Source of the DNA: Escherichia coli
GTDB taxonomy: Bacteria; Pseudomonadota; Gammaproteobacteria; Enterobacterales; Enterobacteriaceae
Reading direction: 5' to 3' (one strand)
Assembly: GCF_003334305.1 (NCBI RefSeq)
Contig: NZ_QOWS01000004.1
DNA length: 64,000 bases
Both the position numbers and the translations under genes were made by a program. Below the pieces are notes generated by a model. The model was not told the DNA's origin and did not search any database. It saw nothing but the letters and a program-made list of their open reading frames with translations. Positions 27,520 to 37,646 of this stretch are shown one piece after another. The number at the start of each line of letters is the position of its first letter. The first letter of the stretch is position 1.

Positions 27520-28061
27520 CAGATGGCCTCTTTCATATGGCGAGTCAGTTCAATACGGTCGGACGGCACCAGGCATTTCTGGCGCTTACATTCCGGGCAA
27601 GTCTCAAAGCTTTCGCGGTGGTTTTCCGCGCGGCTGTCACCATTGTGCTTAAGCAGCGCAATGGCGTAGTCGATCTCTTTCTGGACGGCGAAAGGACGAT
27701 TGCAGACGCGACAGCTGCACAGCACAAAACGGGACTGTTGCAGGAAATCTTCTTTCTTCCACACCGCCAGTTCGTACTCTTGCGACAGTTTGATCGCTGC
27801 CGTCGGGCAGACTTCTTCGCAGCGTCCACAGAAGATGCAGCGCCCGAGATTAAACTCCCACGCAAGCTCTCCTGTGGCGAGGTCAGTTTCAACCGTTAAG
27901 GCGTTTGACGGGCAGGCATTGACGCAGGCCGCGCAGCCGATGCACTGCTGCGGGTTCTGCTCTGGCTTACCACGGAAGTTTTTATCAACCGCAATCGGCT
28001 CCAGCGGATAAGACGAGGTCGCCGTGCCGGTTTTGATGACTTTTTTGATAAAGGTAAACAT
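27519..28061 (-). CDS. hycF: Formate hydrogenlyase 4Fe-4S subunit (NuoI-like)
   Basis: ORF track 180 aa; two CxxCxxCxxxCP ferredoxin motifs. Confidence 0.95.
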   Translation of the reverse strand: MFTFIKKVIKTGTATSSYPLEPIAVDKNFRGKPEQNPQQCIGCAACVNACPSNALTVETDLATGELAWEFNLGRCIFCGRCEEVCPTAAIKLSQEYELAVWKKEDFLQQSRFVLCSCRVCNRPFAVQKEIDYAIALLKHNGDSRAENHRESFETCPECKRQKCLVPSDRIELTRHMKEAI

Positions 28062-28070
28062 GGCGATTCC

Positions 28071-29780
28071 TTATTTCAGCGGCGAGTTTTTACGCTCAAT
28101 GCTGTAACGCTCGAGTTCTTTGTACGGCACCACTTTGCTCTTCTTCTTACGCACATCGACCACGGTCATGCGGTCGGTACAGGAGTAGCAAGGGTCCAGG
28201 CTACCGATAATCAGCGGCGCATCGGAAACGGTGTTACCGCGCAGCATGTAGCGCAGGGTCGGCCAGTTCGCGTAGGTCGCGGCACGGCAGCGCCAGCGGT
28301 ACAGCTTCTGGTTGTCGCCGGTCATGCTCCAGTGGATATCGTCGCCGCGCGGCGCTTCGGCAAAGCCCAGCGCGAAACGGTGCGGAATGTAGGTAAAGCC
28401 TTCCACCATCAGCGGACCGCCCGGCAGGTTATCCAGACCGTAGTCGATCATGTTCAGCGCGGTATAAACTTCGTTGATACGCACTTTCAGACGGGAAATA
28501 ACGTCGCAGCCCTGCTCGCTGTGGACTTCCATTGGCAGCAGGCCATAACCGACAAACGGGTGATCGGCGCGAGTATCGCGGGCGTGACCGCTGGCGCGAA
28601 CCATCGGGCCAACGTTACTGAAATCGCGGGCGATTTCCGGGTCCAGACGACCAATGCCGACGGTGCGCTGTTCCATGTTCGGCGTACTCAGCAGCACATC
28701 CACCAGCTCCTGCACTTCACGACGCATTTGTTGCGCCAGCTGGCGGGTCTGGATCATGTCATCTTTCAGCAGATCGCGACGAATCCCGCCGATCAGGTTC
28801 AGGCCGTAGGTTTTACGCGCACCGGTAAGGATCTCTGCCATTTTCATGGAGGTTTCACGCACGCGGAAGAACTGCATAAAGCCGGAGTCGAAGCCAGTAA
28901 AGTGACAGGCCAGGCCGAGGTTGAGCAGATGCGAGTGCAGGCGTTCCACCTCCAGCAGAATGGCGCGGATCATCTGCGCACGTTCTGGCACCTGAATACC
29001 CATCGCGTTTTCCACCGACGTGGTGTAGGCGGTGCTGTGAGCAAAGCCGCAGATGCCGCACACACGGTCAGAGAGGAAGGTCACTTCGTTGTACCCCATA
29101 CGGGTTTCCGCCAGTTTTTCCATGCCGCGATGGACGTAGAACAGGCGGTAGTCGGCGTCGATAATATTTTCGCCATCGACGAACAGACGGAAGTGACCCG
29201 GTTCGTCGGAAGTGACGTGCAACGGACCAATCGGCACGACGTTGTTTTTCTTGTCACCCAGTTCATTGATGAACTCGTAGGTTTCAGCATCGGTGGTCGG
29301 CGCCGGACGCTGACGATAATCCATGCTGTCTTTACGCAGCGGATAAAGTTCATCCGGCCAGTCATCCGGCAGCACCAGACGACGTTCATCCGGCAGACCA
29401 ACCGGAATCAAACCGTACATATCGCGCACTTCGCGCTCGCCCCACACAGCCGCCGGAACGCGCGGCGTCACGGACGGATACTCCGGTTTGTTGGCGTCAA
29501 CTTCGACGCGAACCGTTACCCAACACTTAGTGCCCTTCTCCATCGACAGCACGTAATAAACGGCGTAATGACCATTCAGTTTGCGTTCGTCGTTACCAAA
29601 CAGCACCGACAGCCAGCCACCCTGTTTGTAGTAAAGAAACTCCACCACTTCCGGCAGGTAGTTCACCTTTACGGTGACAGTCAGCTGATCTTTGGTCTGC
29701 CAGGCGTGGTCCAGCACGACGCCCGGAAATGCCTCATTCAGCGCGGCGAGATAATGTTGACCTAATTTTTCTTCAGACAT
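28071..29780 (-). CDS. hycE: Hydrogenase 3 [NiFe] large subunit (NuoC/D fusion-like)
   Basis: ORF track 28071..29801; start at MSEEKLGQHYLAALNEAFPG, 569 aa; RVCGICGFAH and C-terminal DPCYSC Ni-binding motifs. Confidence 0.95.
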   Translation of the reverse strand: MSEEKLGQHYLAALNEAFPGVVLDHAWQTKDQLTVTVKVNYLPEVVEFLYYKQGGWLSVLFGNDERKLNGHYAVYYVLSMEKGTKCWVTVRVEVDANKPEYPSVTPRVPAAVWGEREVRDMYGLIPVGLPDERRLVLPDDWPDELYPLRKDSMDYRQRPAPTTDAETYEFINELGDKKNNVVPIGPLHVTSDEPGHFRLFVDGENIIDADYRLFYVHRGMEKLAETRMGYNEVTFLSDRVCGICGFAHSTAYTTSVENAMGIQVPERAQMIRAILLEVERLHSHLLNLGLACHFTGFDSGFMQFFRVRETSMKMAEILTGARKTYGLNLIGGIRRDLLKDDMIQTRQLAQQMRREVQELVDVLLSTPNMEQRTVGIGRLDPEIARDFSNVGPMVRASGHARDTRADHPFVGYGLLPMEVHSEQGCDVISRLKVRINEVYTALNMIDYGLDNLPGGPLMVEGFTYIPHRFALGFAEAPRGDDIHWSMTGDNQKLYRWRCRAATYANWPTLRYMLRGNTVSDAPLIIGSLDPCYSCTDRMTVVDVRKKKSKVVPYKELERYSIERKNSPLK

Positions 29781-29797
29781 GCTCAAACTCTCTTTAA

Positions 29798-30721
29798 TCA
29801 CGCCGCCAGCAAGGAGACGAACGCTAAAAATGCAAAGCCAAACCCAGCCCAGGTAATGCGCGGAGTAATATCAAGACGCAGACGGGCCATGCTGTTTTCG
29901 AACAGCGCGATAACCAGGACGCCGACCACCAGTTTGACGATGGCAATCACCAGCGCCAGCAGCAGTCCACCGGCGGTGAAGGTTTCCATTTGTCCCCACG
30001 GAATAAACACCCCGACGAACATCTGCAACACCACCAGCTGTTTCAGGCTGATACCCCATTTCATGACGCCAAAGCCGCTACCGCTGTATTCGGAGAGCGG
30101 ACCTTCCTGCAACTCCTGCTCGGCTTCCGCCAGGTCGAACGGCAGTTTGCCCATTTCGATAAAAGTGGCGAACGCACAGGCACAAAGCGCCAGCACCAGC
30201 GGGATGCTCTGGCTCAGCGGCCAGTGATAAACGGTGTCGGTGATGTTGCTGATGTTGGTGGAACCGGCAACCTGTGCGGCAACCCACAGACCAAGCAGCA
30301 GCATCGGTTCGACCAGCACGCCAAGCATCGCTTCACGGCTCGCGCCGATAGCAGTAAACGGGCTACCGGTATCCAGACCGGAAATGGCAAAGAAGAAACG
30401 CGCGATGGCAAAGAGATACAGTAAGGTGATCAAATCGCCCAGTTGCGGCAGCGGAGAACCGACGGTCACCACCGGCAGCGCAGTAGCGATAGTCAGCATG
30501 ACGCCCACCATCACATACGGCGTCAGGCGGAACACCCAGCCGGAGGCATCCGGGCCAACGCTCTGGCGGCCCAGCAGTTTGATAATGTCACGATACTCCT
30601 GCAACACACCCGGCCCACGACGGTTATGTAAGCGGGCTCGCGCCACGCGGGTAATACCGGAGAGCAGCGGCGCAACGGCAAATAGCACCAGCGCCTGAAT
30701 TAACGGATATAAAACACTCAT
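29798..30721 (-). CDS. hycD: Formate hydrogenlyase membrane subunit (NuoH-like)
   Basis: ORF track 307 aa, polytopic membrane protein. Confidence 0.95.
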   Translation of the reverse strand: MSVLYPLIQALVLFAVAPLLSGITRVARARLHNRRGPGVLQEYRDIIKLLGRQSVGPDASGWVFRLTPYVMVGVMLTIATALPVVTVGSPLPQLGDLITLLYLFAIARFFFAISGLDTGSPFTAIGASREAMLGVLVEPMLLLGLWVAAQVAGSTNISNITDTVYHWPLSQSIPLVLALCACAFATFIEMGKLPFDLAEAEQELQEGPLSEYSGSGFGVMKWGISLKQLVVLQMFVGVFIPWGQMETFTAGGLLLALVIAIVKLVVGVLVIALFENSMARLRLDITPRITWAGFGFAFLAFVSLLAA

Positions 30722-30723
30722 TC

Positions 30724-32550
30724 TCAGGCTCCTCGTGAAACAATAATCACCACCAGCACCGCCAGTTCAACCAGCGCCATCCGGCGGAACAGCAACGCAC
30801 TCCCCTCGCACTGCCAGCCCGGCACCAGAGACACCGGATTCAGCCATTTGCGTAGTTTCAGCACCGGCGCAAACGCCTGTTTCACCGGCATGGCAAAACC
30901 GTGAGCGGTAATCACCATTGATTTTTCGTGGTCGTAGCCGCACACCCAGGCCGAGCCGCGGGAACGCGACGGCAAACGATCGCCTTTGCAAATCGCCATA
31001 ATGATGAATGGCAGCAGCGGGCAGGCAATCAGCAGCAATGTGATCATGGGTTGAGAAACGGTGGTGTTAGCAGGCTCCAGAGGCAGAGGTACAGCAGCAG
31101 AGAGCATCGGCAGCAGCCACGGCGCAGCAACACCGCCAATTACGCAGCAAATCGCCAGTGCCACTACGCTTACGCTCATCAGGAGCGGCGCACAGGTGGC
31201 GTTTTCGGCTTCTTTGGTACGCGGCGCGCCGAGGAACGTGACGCCATAGACTTTCGCCATACACATCACCGCCAGCGCACCGGTAATTGCCAGACCCACA
31301 GCGAGCAGCGGCCCCAGCAGACGGGCAACAAACGCGCCACTATTGCTCAGTTTGAAGAAGGATTGATAGATAACCCATTCCCCGGCAAACCCGTTCAGCG
31401 GCGGCAGCGCAGCCATTGCCATTAACCCGACTAACATGGCGATGGAGATAACCGGCATTTTCTTGCCAATACCACCGAGTTTCTCGATATCGCGATGACC
31501 GGTACGGAACCAGACGCTCCCCGCCCCGAGGAACAGTACGCTTTTGAACAGGCTATGGTTAAGCAGATGGTACAGACCACCGACCAGGCCAAGAGCAATC
31601 AGCGCCGGTTGTTCGAACGCGATACCCGTTACGCCAGCGCCCAGCCCCAGCAGGATAATGCCGATATTTTCCAGGGTGTGGTAAGCCAGCAGGCGCTGGA
31701 TGTTGTGTTCCATCAACGCATACAGACCACCGACGAACGCGGTGATCATGCCGAGCACCAGCAGCGCGATCCCCCACCACAGCGGCGCGTTACCACCCAG
31801 CAGCGACAGGGTTAAAATGCCCAGCAGGCCAATTTTCATGACTACCGTAGAAAACAACGCGGCAGCTGGCGCAGAGGCGTTAGCATGTGCCTGCGGCACC
31901 CAGCCGTGCAGCGGAATAATCCCGGCCAGCAGGCCAAAGCCAATCACACCGAGCAGCCAGATATCGGAACCGAGCGGCAGCTGTTGCATACGCATATCCA
32001 GCAGGCGCAGATCCAGCGTGCCATAACGCTGCCACAGCAGCCAGCAAGCAATCGCCAGCAGCAGAGTGCCAAGACGCCCCAGCGCAAACCACAGTTTGCC
32101 CTCTTTGCTGTTGCTGGTAAGGAACACCGCACACAAGGCCATGACTTCAGCCATTACCACGAACATGCCGAGGTTGCTGGCGATGACGGCGCAGACGGCG
32201 GCAGCCATCAACATATTGATCTGCAAGCCGTTGCACTTCACCTGCGCGTGGCGATGCCAGTCAATGTTGTAGAGGCTGACAAACAGACCGCACAGACCGA
32301 GCGTAATCAGCCAAATCGCGTTAAGCGGAGAGATTTGCACATCGTAGCTTACCAGCGACAGCGCACCGCTCACGCCAACCGCGCCAGTCAGTACAGTGAA
32401 GCCCGCGGCTGCCGTATACAGACTACCAACCGCGCCGCCAATTCCGGCTATCCAGCCACTTAGCGTCTTTTGAAAAGAAAAGAGAAATGCCAGAACAGCG
32501 GCGGCGACAAACCATGCCACGCCGCTATTGATCAGGGAAATTGCGCTCAT
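30724..32550 (-). CDS. hycC: Formate hydrogenlyase membrane subunit (NuoL/antiporter-like)
   Basis: ORF track 608 aa, polytopic membrane protein. Confidence 0.95.
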   Translation of the reverse strand: MSAISLINSGVAWFVAAAVLAFLFSFQKTLSGWIAGIGGAVGSLYTAAAGFTVLTGAVGVSGALSLVSYDVQISPLNAIWLITLGLCGLFVSLYNIDWHRHAQVKCNGLQINMLMAAAVCAVIASNLGMFVVMAEVMALCAVFLTSNSKEGKLWFALGRLGTLLLAIACWLLWQRYGTLDLRLLDMRMQQLPLGSDIWLLGVIGFGLLAGIIPLHGWVPQAHANASAPAAALFSTVVMKIGLLGILTLSLLGGNAPLWWGIALLVLGMITAFVGGLYALMEHNIQRLLAYHTLENIGIILLGLGAGVTGIAFEQPALIALGLVGGLYHLLNHSLFKSVLFLGAGSVWFRTGHRDIEKLGGIGKKMPVISIAMLVGLMAMAALPPLNGFAGEWVIYQSFFKLSNSGAFVARLLGPLLAVGLAITGALAVMCMAKVYGVTFLGAPRTKEAENATCAPLLMSVSVVALAICCVIGGVAAPWLLPMLSAAVPLPLEPANTTVSQPMITLLLIACPLLPFIIMAICKGDRLPSRSRGSAWVCGYDHEKSMVITAHGFAMPVKQAFAPVLKLRKWLNPVSLVPGWQCEGSALLFRRMALVELAVLVVIIVSRGA

Positions 32551-33158
32551 TTAGCCTCTCCACTTTGAGCCTGCTGAAACAAGGTGAGATCGCCAAAGTC
32601 CGTGTTAAAGGTCAGCTCACGCTTACGTTTGCTGACGCGGGCGATATCGGTGTTATCCACCAGATGCAGGGCTTTAGTCGGGCACATCCGCACGCAGGCC
32701 GGACCTTGTTCATCAAAACTGCAAAGGTCACATTTGACGGCGATCGCGCGAATACCCGGCACCCAGTCAAGCAGCGTACTGATACGCGCCGGAGCAGGCG
32801 GTGCCGGTGGCGCTTTCGGGGTATTGGCATTTGCAGGAATATCCAGCGGACGGCTGCCGGAAAATTCAATTGCGCCAAACGGGCAGGCGATGCCGCACAG
32901 CTTGCAGCTTACGCACAGGCTTTCATTCAACTGCACGGCCCCATCAACGCGGGTGATGGCGTTAACCGGGCAGACCACCGCGCAGGGTGCATCTTCACAG
33001 TGGTGACAGAGCTGCGGCGCAGATTCTTTTTCATTTAGCATCACTCTCAGGCGCGGCATTGATTGCAGGCCGTGCTGGCGATGCGTCTCTGAACAGGCGG
33101 CCTCACAAGTGTGGCAGCCGATACAGAGCGTGGAGTCAGCAATTACAAAACGATTCAC
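32547..33158 (-). CDS. hycB: Formate hydrogenlyase 4Fe-4S ferredoxin subunit
   Basis: ORF track 203 aa; four Cys clusters. Confidence 0.95.
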   Translation of the reverse strand: MNRFVIADSTLCIGCHTCEAACSETHRQHGLQSMPRLRVMLNEKESAPQLCHHCEDAPCAVVCPVNAITRVDGAVQLNESLCVSCKLCGIACPFGAIEFSGSRPLDIPANANTPKAPPAPPAPARISTLLDWVPGIRAIAVKCDLCSFDEQGPACVRMCPTKALHLVDNTDIARVSKRKRELTFNTDFGDLTLFQQAQSGEAK

Positions 33159-33282
33159 CAGGCATTCCTCAGGTGATTGTCATTTTTGACGAAAACATGC
33201 CGATGAAATGTCATTTTCGACACTCATCGACACGCCCATCCCCAAACAGGCGTAACGCCTGCAAAACGGGCAAAGCCTCAGC

Positions 33283-33744
33283 TCATGCTGCCGGGCTTTG
33301 TCCCTTTACCAGTTGGCTTAAATTCACCGGCACATTGTTTTCAATGGCGGTGTATAAGCTGTCGTAAACGCCAGCGATTTTTTCGAGATAGTGTTCCAGA
33401 ACCTGTTCGCGATCGCGGATGTTGACCTTGCCATCAATCATGCCGTCAATGCTCAGTTGCGCCTGCGCAATCCGCTGTTTGTCTTCGCCATCTTTTGTTT
33501 CGACGTAATACTCGATGGTGTGGCTGTTAAAGCCATCCGCCAGGGTGACGTAAATACGAAAATGTTCAAAAAGGACGAAACAGAGTTCTTTGTCCGGCGC
33601 GCAGCTCATGGCGTGATGCAGGCGCGCTTTCGATAACGTGATCCCCTGAACCAGCGAATTGCAGTAGATGTGCCACTGGTCCTGTAGGCGACGATGCCGC
33701 TGTGCGATGTAATCGGCTTTCTCGCTTATTTCCCAAATAGTCAT
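33283..33744 (-). CDS. hycA: Formate hydrogenlyase regulatory protein HycA (antagonist of FhlA)
   Basis: ORF track 153 aa MTIWEISEKADYIAQRHRRLQDQWHIYCNS; first gene of hyc operon. Confidence 0.93.
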   Translation of the reverse strand: MTIWEISEKADYIAQRHRRLQDQWHIYCNSLVQGITLSKARLHHAMSCAPDKELCFVLFEHFRIYVTLADGFNSHTIEYYVETKDGEDKQRIAQAQLSIDGMIDGKVNIRDREQVLEHYLEKIAGVYDSLYTAIENNVPVNLSQLVKGQSPAA

Positions 33745-33781
33745 TGTCAGGTTACCCGTTTAACAGAGATGCCAGCTTTAA

Positions 33782-33796
33782 GCATTTTTTGTGCCA
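33782..33796 (-). promoter_or_regulatory. Sigma54 (-24/-12) promoter of the hyc operon
   Basis: Minus strand reads TGGCACaaaaaATGCt upstream of hycA. Confidence 0.8.
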
Positions 33797-33844
33797 ACTT
33801 TTAATTTATTGTTATTAAAGAGATTTTTAAGCTAAAGATGAATT

Positions 33845-33890
33845 TCGTCGCCGTGTCGACGTGTCATTTCGACATCATCGACATTATTCA
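33845..33890. promoter_or_regulatory. Candidate FhlA upstream activating region (repeated TGTCG / CGACA half-sites)
   Basis: tcgtcgccgtgtcgacgtgtcatttcgacatcatcgacatt, dense inverted repeats between the divergent sigma54 promoters. Confidence 0.55.
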
Positions 33891-33909
33891 CCGCAGGGAT
33901 AATCAACAC

Positions 33910-33925
33910 TGGCACAATTATTGCT
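33910..33925 (+). promoter_or_regulatory. Sigma54 (-24/-12) promoter of the hyp operon
   Basis: TGGCACaattaTTGCt about 30 nt upstream of hypA. Confidence 0.8.
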
Positions 33926-33955
33926 TGTAGCTGGCAATAGTTAATGGGAGGCGAT

Positions 33956-34306
33956 ATGCACGAAATAACCCTCTGCCAACGGGCACTGGAATTGATCGAA
34001 CAGCAGGCCGCAAAACACGGCGCAAAACGCGTAACTGGGGTCTGGCTCAAAATTGGCGCATTTTCTTGTGTCGAAACCAGCTCTCTTGCCTTTTGTTTTG
34101 ATCTGGTTTGCCGCGGCAGCGTGGCGGAAGGTTGTAAACTGCACCTCGAAGAACAAGAGGCCGAATGCTGGTGTGAAACATGCCAACAGTATGTGACGCT
34201 ACTGACCCAGCGCGTCCGCCGCTGTCCACAGTGTCATGGTGACATGCTACAGATTGTGGCAGACGACGGTTTACAGATTCGGCGGATAGAAATAGACCAG
34301 GAGTGA
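33956..34306 (+). CDS. hypA: Hydrogenase nickel incorporation protein HypA
   Basis: ORF track 33944..34306; start at MHEITLCQRALELIEQQ preceded by gggagg RBS, 116 aa; C-terminal CxxC...CxxC zinc site. Confidence 0.93.
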   Translation: MHEITLCQRALELIEQQAAKHGAKRVTGVWLKIGAFSCVETSSLAFCFDLVCRGSVAEGCKLHLEEQEAECWCETCQQYVTLLTQRVRRCPQCHGDMLQIVADDGLQIRRIEIDQE

Positions 34307-34309
34307 GCG

Positions 34310-35182
34310 ATGTGTACAACATGCGGTTGCGGTGAAGGCAACCTGTATATCGAGGGTGATGAACATAACCCTCATTCCGCGTTTCGTAGCGCGCCATTTG
34401 CCCCGGCGGCACGCCCGAAGATGAAAATCACCGGCATTAAAGCGCCTGAATTTACCCCCAGCCAGACTGAAGAAGGCGACCTGCATTACGGTCATGGCGA
34501 AGCGGGCACTCACGCACCGGGCATGAGCCAGCGTCGGATGCTGGAAGTCGAAATTGACGTGCTGGACAAAAACAACCGTCTGGCTGAACGCAACCGCGCG
34601 CGCTTTGCTGCCCGCAAGCAACTGGTGCTCAACCTGGTTTCCAGCCCTGGTTCCGGTAAAACCACCCTGCTGACGGAAACCTTAATGCGCCTGAAAGACA
34701 GCGTTCCGTGCGCGGTTATTGAAGGTGACCAGCAAACCGTGAACGATGCCGCACGCATTCGCGCTACCGGCACACCAGCGATTCAGGTGAACACCGGTAA
34801 AGGCTGCCATCTTGACGCACAGATGATTGCCGACGCCGCACCGCGTCTGCCACTGGACGATAACGGTATTCTGTTTATCGAAAACGTTGGCAACCTCGTA
34901 TGCCCGGCCAGCTTCGATCTCGGTGAAAAACACAAAGTGGCGGTGCTTTCCGTTACCGAAGGTGAAGACAAACCGCTGAAATATCCGCATATGTTTGCCG
35001 CCGCCTCGCTGATGCTGCTCAACAAAGTTGACCTGTTGCCGTATCTCAACTTTGACGTTGAAAAGTGCATCGCCTGCGCCCGCGAAGTCAATCCAGAAAT
35101 TGAAATCATCCTTATTTCCGCCACCAGCGGTGAAGGGATGGACCAGTGGCTGAACTGGCTGGAGACACAGCGATGTGCATAG
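34310..35182 (+). CDS. hypB: Hydrogenase maturation nickel GTPase HypB
   Basis: ORF track 290 aa; N-terminal [10 protein letters not shown] metal site, P-loop [10 protein letters not shown]. Confidence 0.95.
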   Translation: MCTTCGCGEGNLYIEGDEHNPHSAFRSAPFAPAARPKMKITGIKAPEFTPSQTEEGDLHYGHGEAGTHAPGMSQRRMLEVEIDVLDKNNRLAERNRARFAARKQLVLNLVSSPGSGKTTLLTETLMRLKDSVPCAVIEGDQQTVNDAARIRATGTPAIQVNTGKGCHLDAQMIADAAPRLPLDDNGILFIENVGNLVCPASFDLGEKHKVAVLSVTEGEDKPLKYPHMFAAASLMLLNKVDLLPYLNFDVEKCIACAREVNPEIEIILISATSGEGMDQWLNWLETQRCA

Positions 35183-35445
35183 GCGTTCCCGGCCAGATCC
35201 GCACCATTGACGGCAACCAGGCAAAAGTCGACGTCTGCGGCATTCAGCGCGATGTCGATTTAACGTTAGTCGGCAGCTGCGATGAAAACGGTCAGCCGCG
35301 CGTGGGCCAGTGGGTACTGGTACACGTTGGCTTTGCCATGAGCGTAATTAATGAAGCCGAAGCACGCGACACTCTCGACGCCTTACAAAACATGTTTGAC
35401 GTTGAGCCGGATGTCGGCGCGCTGTTGTATGGCGAGGAAAAATAA
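35173..35445 (+). CDS. hypC: Hydrogenase maturation chaperone HypC
   Basis: ORF track 35146..35445; start at [12 protein letters not shown] (conserved Cys2), 90 aa. Confidence 0.92.
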   Translation: MCIGVPGQIRTIDGNQAKVDVCGIQRDVDLTLVGSCDENGQPRVGQWVLVHVGFAMSVINEAEARDTLDALQNMFDVEPDVGALLYGEEK

Positions 35446-36566
35446 TGCGTTTTGTTGATGAATATCGCGCGCCGGAACAGGTGATGCAGTTAATTGAGCA
35501 TCTGCGCGAACGTGCTTCACATCTCTCTTACACCGCCGAACGCCCTCTGCGGATTATGGAAGTGTGCGGTGGTCATACCCACGCTATTTTTAAATTCGGC
35601 CTCGACCAGTTACTGCCTGAAAACGTTGAGTTTATCCACGGTCCGGGTTGCCCGGTGTGCGTACTGCCGATGGGTAGAATCGACACCTGCGTGGAGATTG
35701 CCAGCCATCCGGAAGTCATCTTCTGTACCTTTGGCGACGCCATGCGCGTACCAGGGAAACAGGGATCGCTGTTGCAGGCAAAAGCACGCGGTGCCGATGT
35801 GCGCATCGTTTACTCGCCGATGGATGCGTTGAAACTGGCGCAGGAGAATCCAACCCGCAAAGTGGTGTTCTTCGGCTTAGGTTTTGAAACCACCATGCCG
35901 ACCACCGCCATCACTCTGCAACAGGCGAAAGCGCGTGATGTGCAGAATTTTTACTTCTTCTGCCAGCATATTACGCTTATCCCGACGCTTCGCAGTTTGC
36001 TGGAACAGCCGGATAACGGTATCGACGCGTTCCTCGCGCCGGGCCACGTTAGTATGGTTATCGGCACTGATGCCTATAATTTTATCGCCAGCGATTTTCA
36101 TCGTCCGCTGGTGGTGGCTGGTTTCGAACCGCTTGATCTACTGCAAGGCGTGGTCATGCTGGTGGAGCAGAAAATAGCGGCCCACAGCAAGGTAGAGAAT
36201 CAGTATCGTCGGGTGGTACCGGATGCCGGTAACCTGCTGGCGCAACAGGCGATTGCCGATGTGTTCTGTGTCAACGGCGACAGCGAATGGCGCGGCTTAG
36301 GCGTGATTGAATCTTCTGGTGTACACCTGACGCCAGATTATCAACGATTCGATGCCGAAGCGCATTTCCGCCCGGCACCGCAGCAGGTCTGCGATGACCC
36401 GCGCGCACGTTGTGGTGAAGTATTAACGGGCAAATGTAAGCCGCATCAATGCCCGCTGTTTGGTAACACCTGTAATCCTCAAACCGCATTTGGTGCACTG
36501 ATGGTCTCCTCCGAAGGAGCGTGCGCCGCGTGGTATCAGTATCGTCAGCAGGAGAGTGAAGCGTGA
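35445..36566 (+). CDS. hypD: Hydrogenase maturation factor HypD
   Basis: ORF track 373 aa; motifs CGGHTHA, GPGCPVC. Confidence 0.95.
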   Translation: MRFVDEYRAPEQVMQLIEHLRERASHLSYTAERPLRIMEVCGGHTHAIFKFGLDQLLPENVEFIHGPGCPVCVLPMGRIDTCVEIASHPEVIFCTFGDAMRVPGKQGSLLQAKARGADVRIVYSPMDALKLAQENPTRKVVFFGLGFETTMPTTAITLQQAKARDVQNFYFFCQHITLIPTLRSLLEQPDNGIDAFLAPGHVSMVIGTDAYNFIASDFHRPLVVAGFEPLDLLQGVVMLVEQKIAAHSKVENQYRRVVPDAGNLLAQQAIADVFCVNGDSEWRGLGVIESSGVHLTPDYQRFDAEAHFRPAPQQVCDDPRARCGEVLTGKCKPHQCPLFGNTCNPQTAFGALMVSSEGACAAWYQYRQQESEA

Positions 36567-37573
36567 ATAATATCCAACTCGCCCACGGCAGCGGCGGCCA
36601 GGCGATGCAGCAATTAATCAACAGCCTGTTTATGGAAGCCTTTGCCAACCCGTGGCTGGCAGAGCAGGAAGATCAGGCACGTCTTGATCTGGCGCAGCTG
36701 GTAGCAGAAGGCGATCGTCTGGCGTTCTCCACCGACAGTTACGTCATTGACCCGCTGTTCTTTCCTGGCGGTAATATCGGCAAGCTGGCGATTTGCGGCA
36801 CTGCGAATGACGTTGCGGTCAGTGGCGCTATTCCGCGCTATCTCTCCTGTGGCTTTATCCTCGAAGAAGGATTGCCGATGGAGACACTGAAAGCCGTAGT
36901 GACCAGCATGGCAGAAACCGCCCGCACGGCAGGCATTGCCATCGTTACTGGCGATACTAAAGTGGTGCAGCGCGGCGCGGCAGATAAACTGTTTATCAAC
37001 ACCGCTGGCATGGGCGCAATTCCGGCGAATATTCACTGGGGCGCACAGACGCTAACCGCAGGCGATGTATTACTGGTTAGCGGCACGCTCGGCGACCACG
37101 GGGCGACTATCCTTAACCTGCGTGAGCAGCTGGGGCTGGATGGCGAACTGGTCAGCGACTGCGCGGTACTGACGCCGCTTATTCAGACGCTGCGTGACAT
37201 TCCCGGCGTGAAAGCGCTGCGTGATGCCACCCGTGGTGGTGTGAACGCGGTAGTTCATGAGTTCGCGGCAGCCTGCGGTTGTGGTATTGAAATTTCAGAA
37301 GCGGCACTGCCGGTTAAACCTGCTGTGCGCGGCGTTTGCGAACTGCTGGGACTGGACGCCCTTAACTTTGCCAACGAAGGCAAACTGGTGATCGCCGTTG
37401 AACGCAACGCGGCAGAGCAAGTGCTGGCAGCGTTACATTCCCATCCACTGGGAAAAGACGCGGCGCTGATTGGTGAAGTGGTGGAACGTAAAGGTGTTCG
37501 TCTTGCCGGTCTGTATGGCGTGAAACGAACCCTCGATTTACCACACGCCGAACCGCTTCCGCGTATATGCTAA
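36563..37573 (+). CDS. hypE: Hydrogenase maturation carbamoyl dehydratase HypE
   Basis: ORF track 336 aa MNNIQLAHGSGGQAMQQLI; C-terminal PRIC. Confidence 0.95.
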   Translation: MNNIQLAHGSGGQAMQQLINSLFMEAFANPWLAEQEDQARLDLAQLVAEGDRLAFSTDSYVIDPLFFPGGNIGKLAICGTANDVAVSGAIPRYLSCGFILEEGLPMETLKAVVTSMAETARTAGIAIVTGDTKVVQRGAADKLFINTAGMGAIPANIHWGAQTLTAGDVLLVSGTLGDHGATILNLREQLGLDGELVSDCAVLTPLIQTLRDIPGVKALRDATRGGVNAVVHEFAAACGCGIEISEAALPVKPAVRGVCELLGLDALNFANEGKLVIAVERNAAEQVLAALHSHPLGKDAALIGEVVERKGVRLAGLYGVKRTLDLPHAEPLPRIC

Positions 37574-37646
37574 TAAAATTCTAAATCTCCTATAGTTAGT
37601 CAATGACCTTTTGCACCGCTTTGCGGTGCTTTCCTGGAAGAACAAA

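Noticed and set aside
28332-29765. 477-aa ORF on the plus strand
   Set aside because: Antisense to hycE; translation is a compositional artefact (His/Arg/Val-rich) and it sits inside a well-established operon.
30928-32463. Several 60-190-aa ORFs on the plus strand (e.g. 30928..31425, 31885..32463)
   Set aside because: All are antisense within hycC or hycD, with Gln/Arg/Pro-rich low-complexity products; no independent signals.
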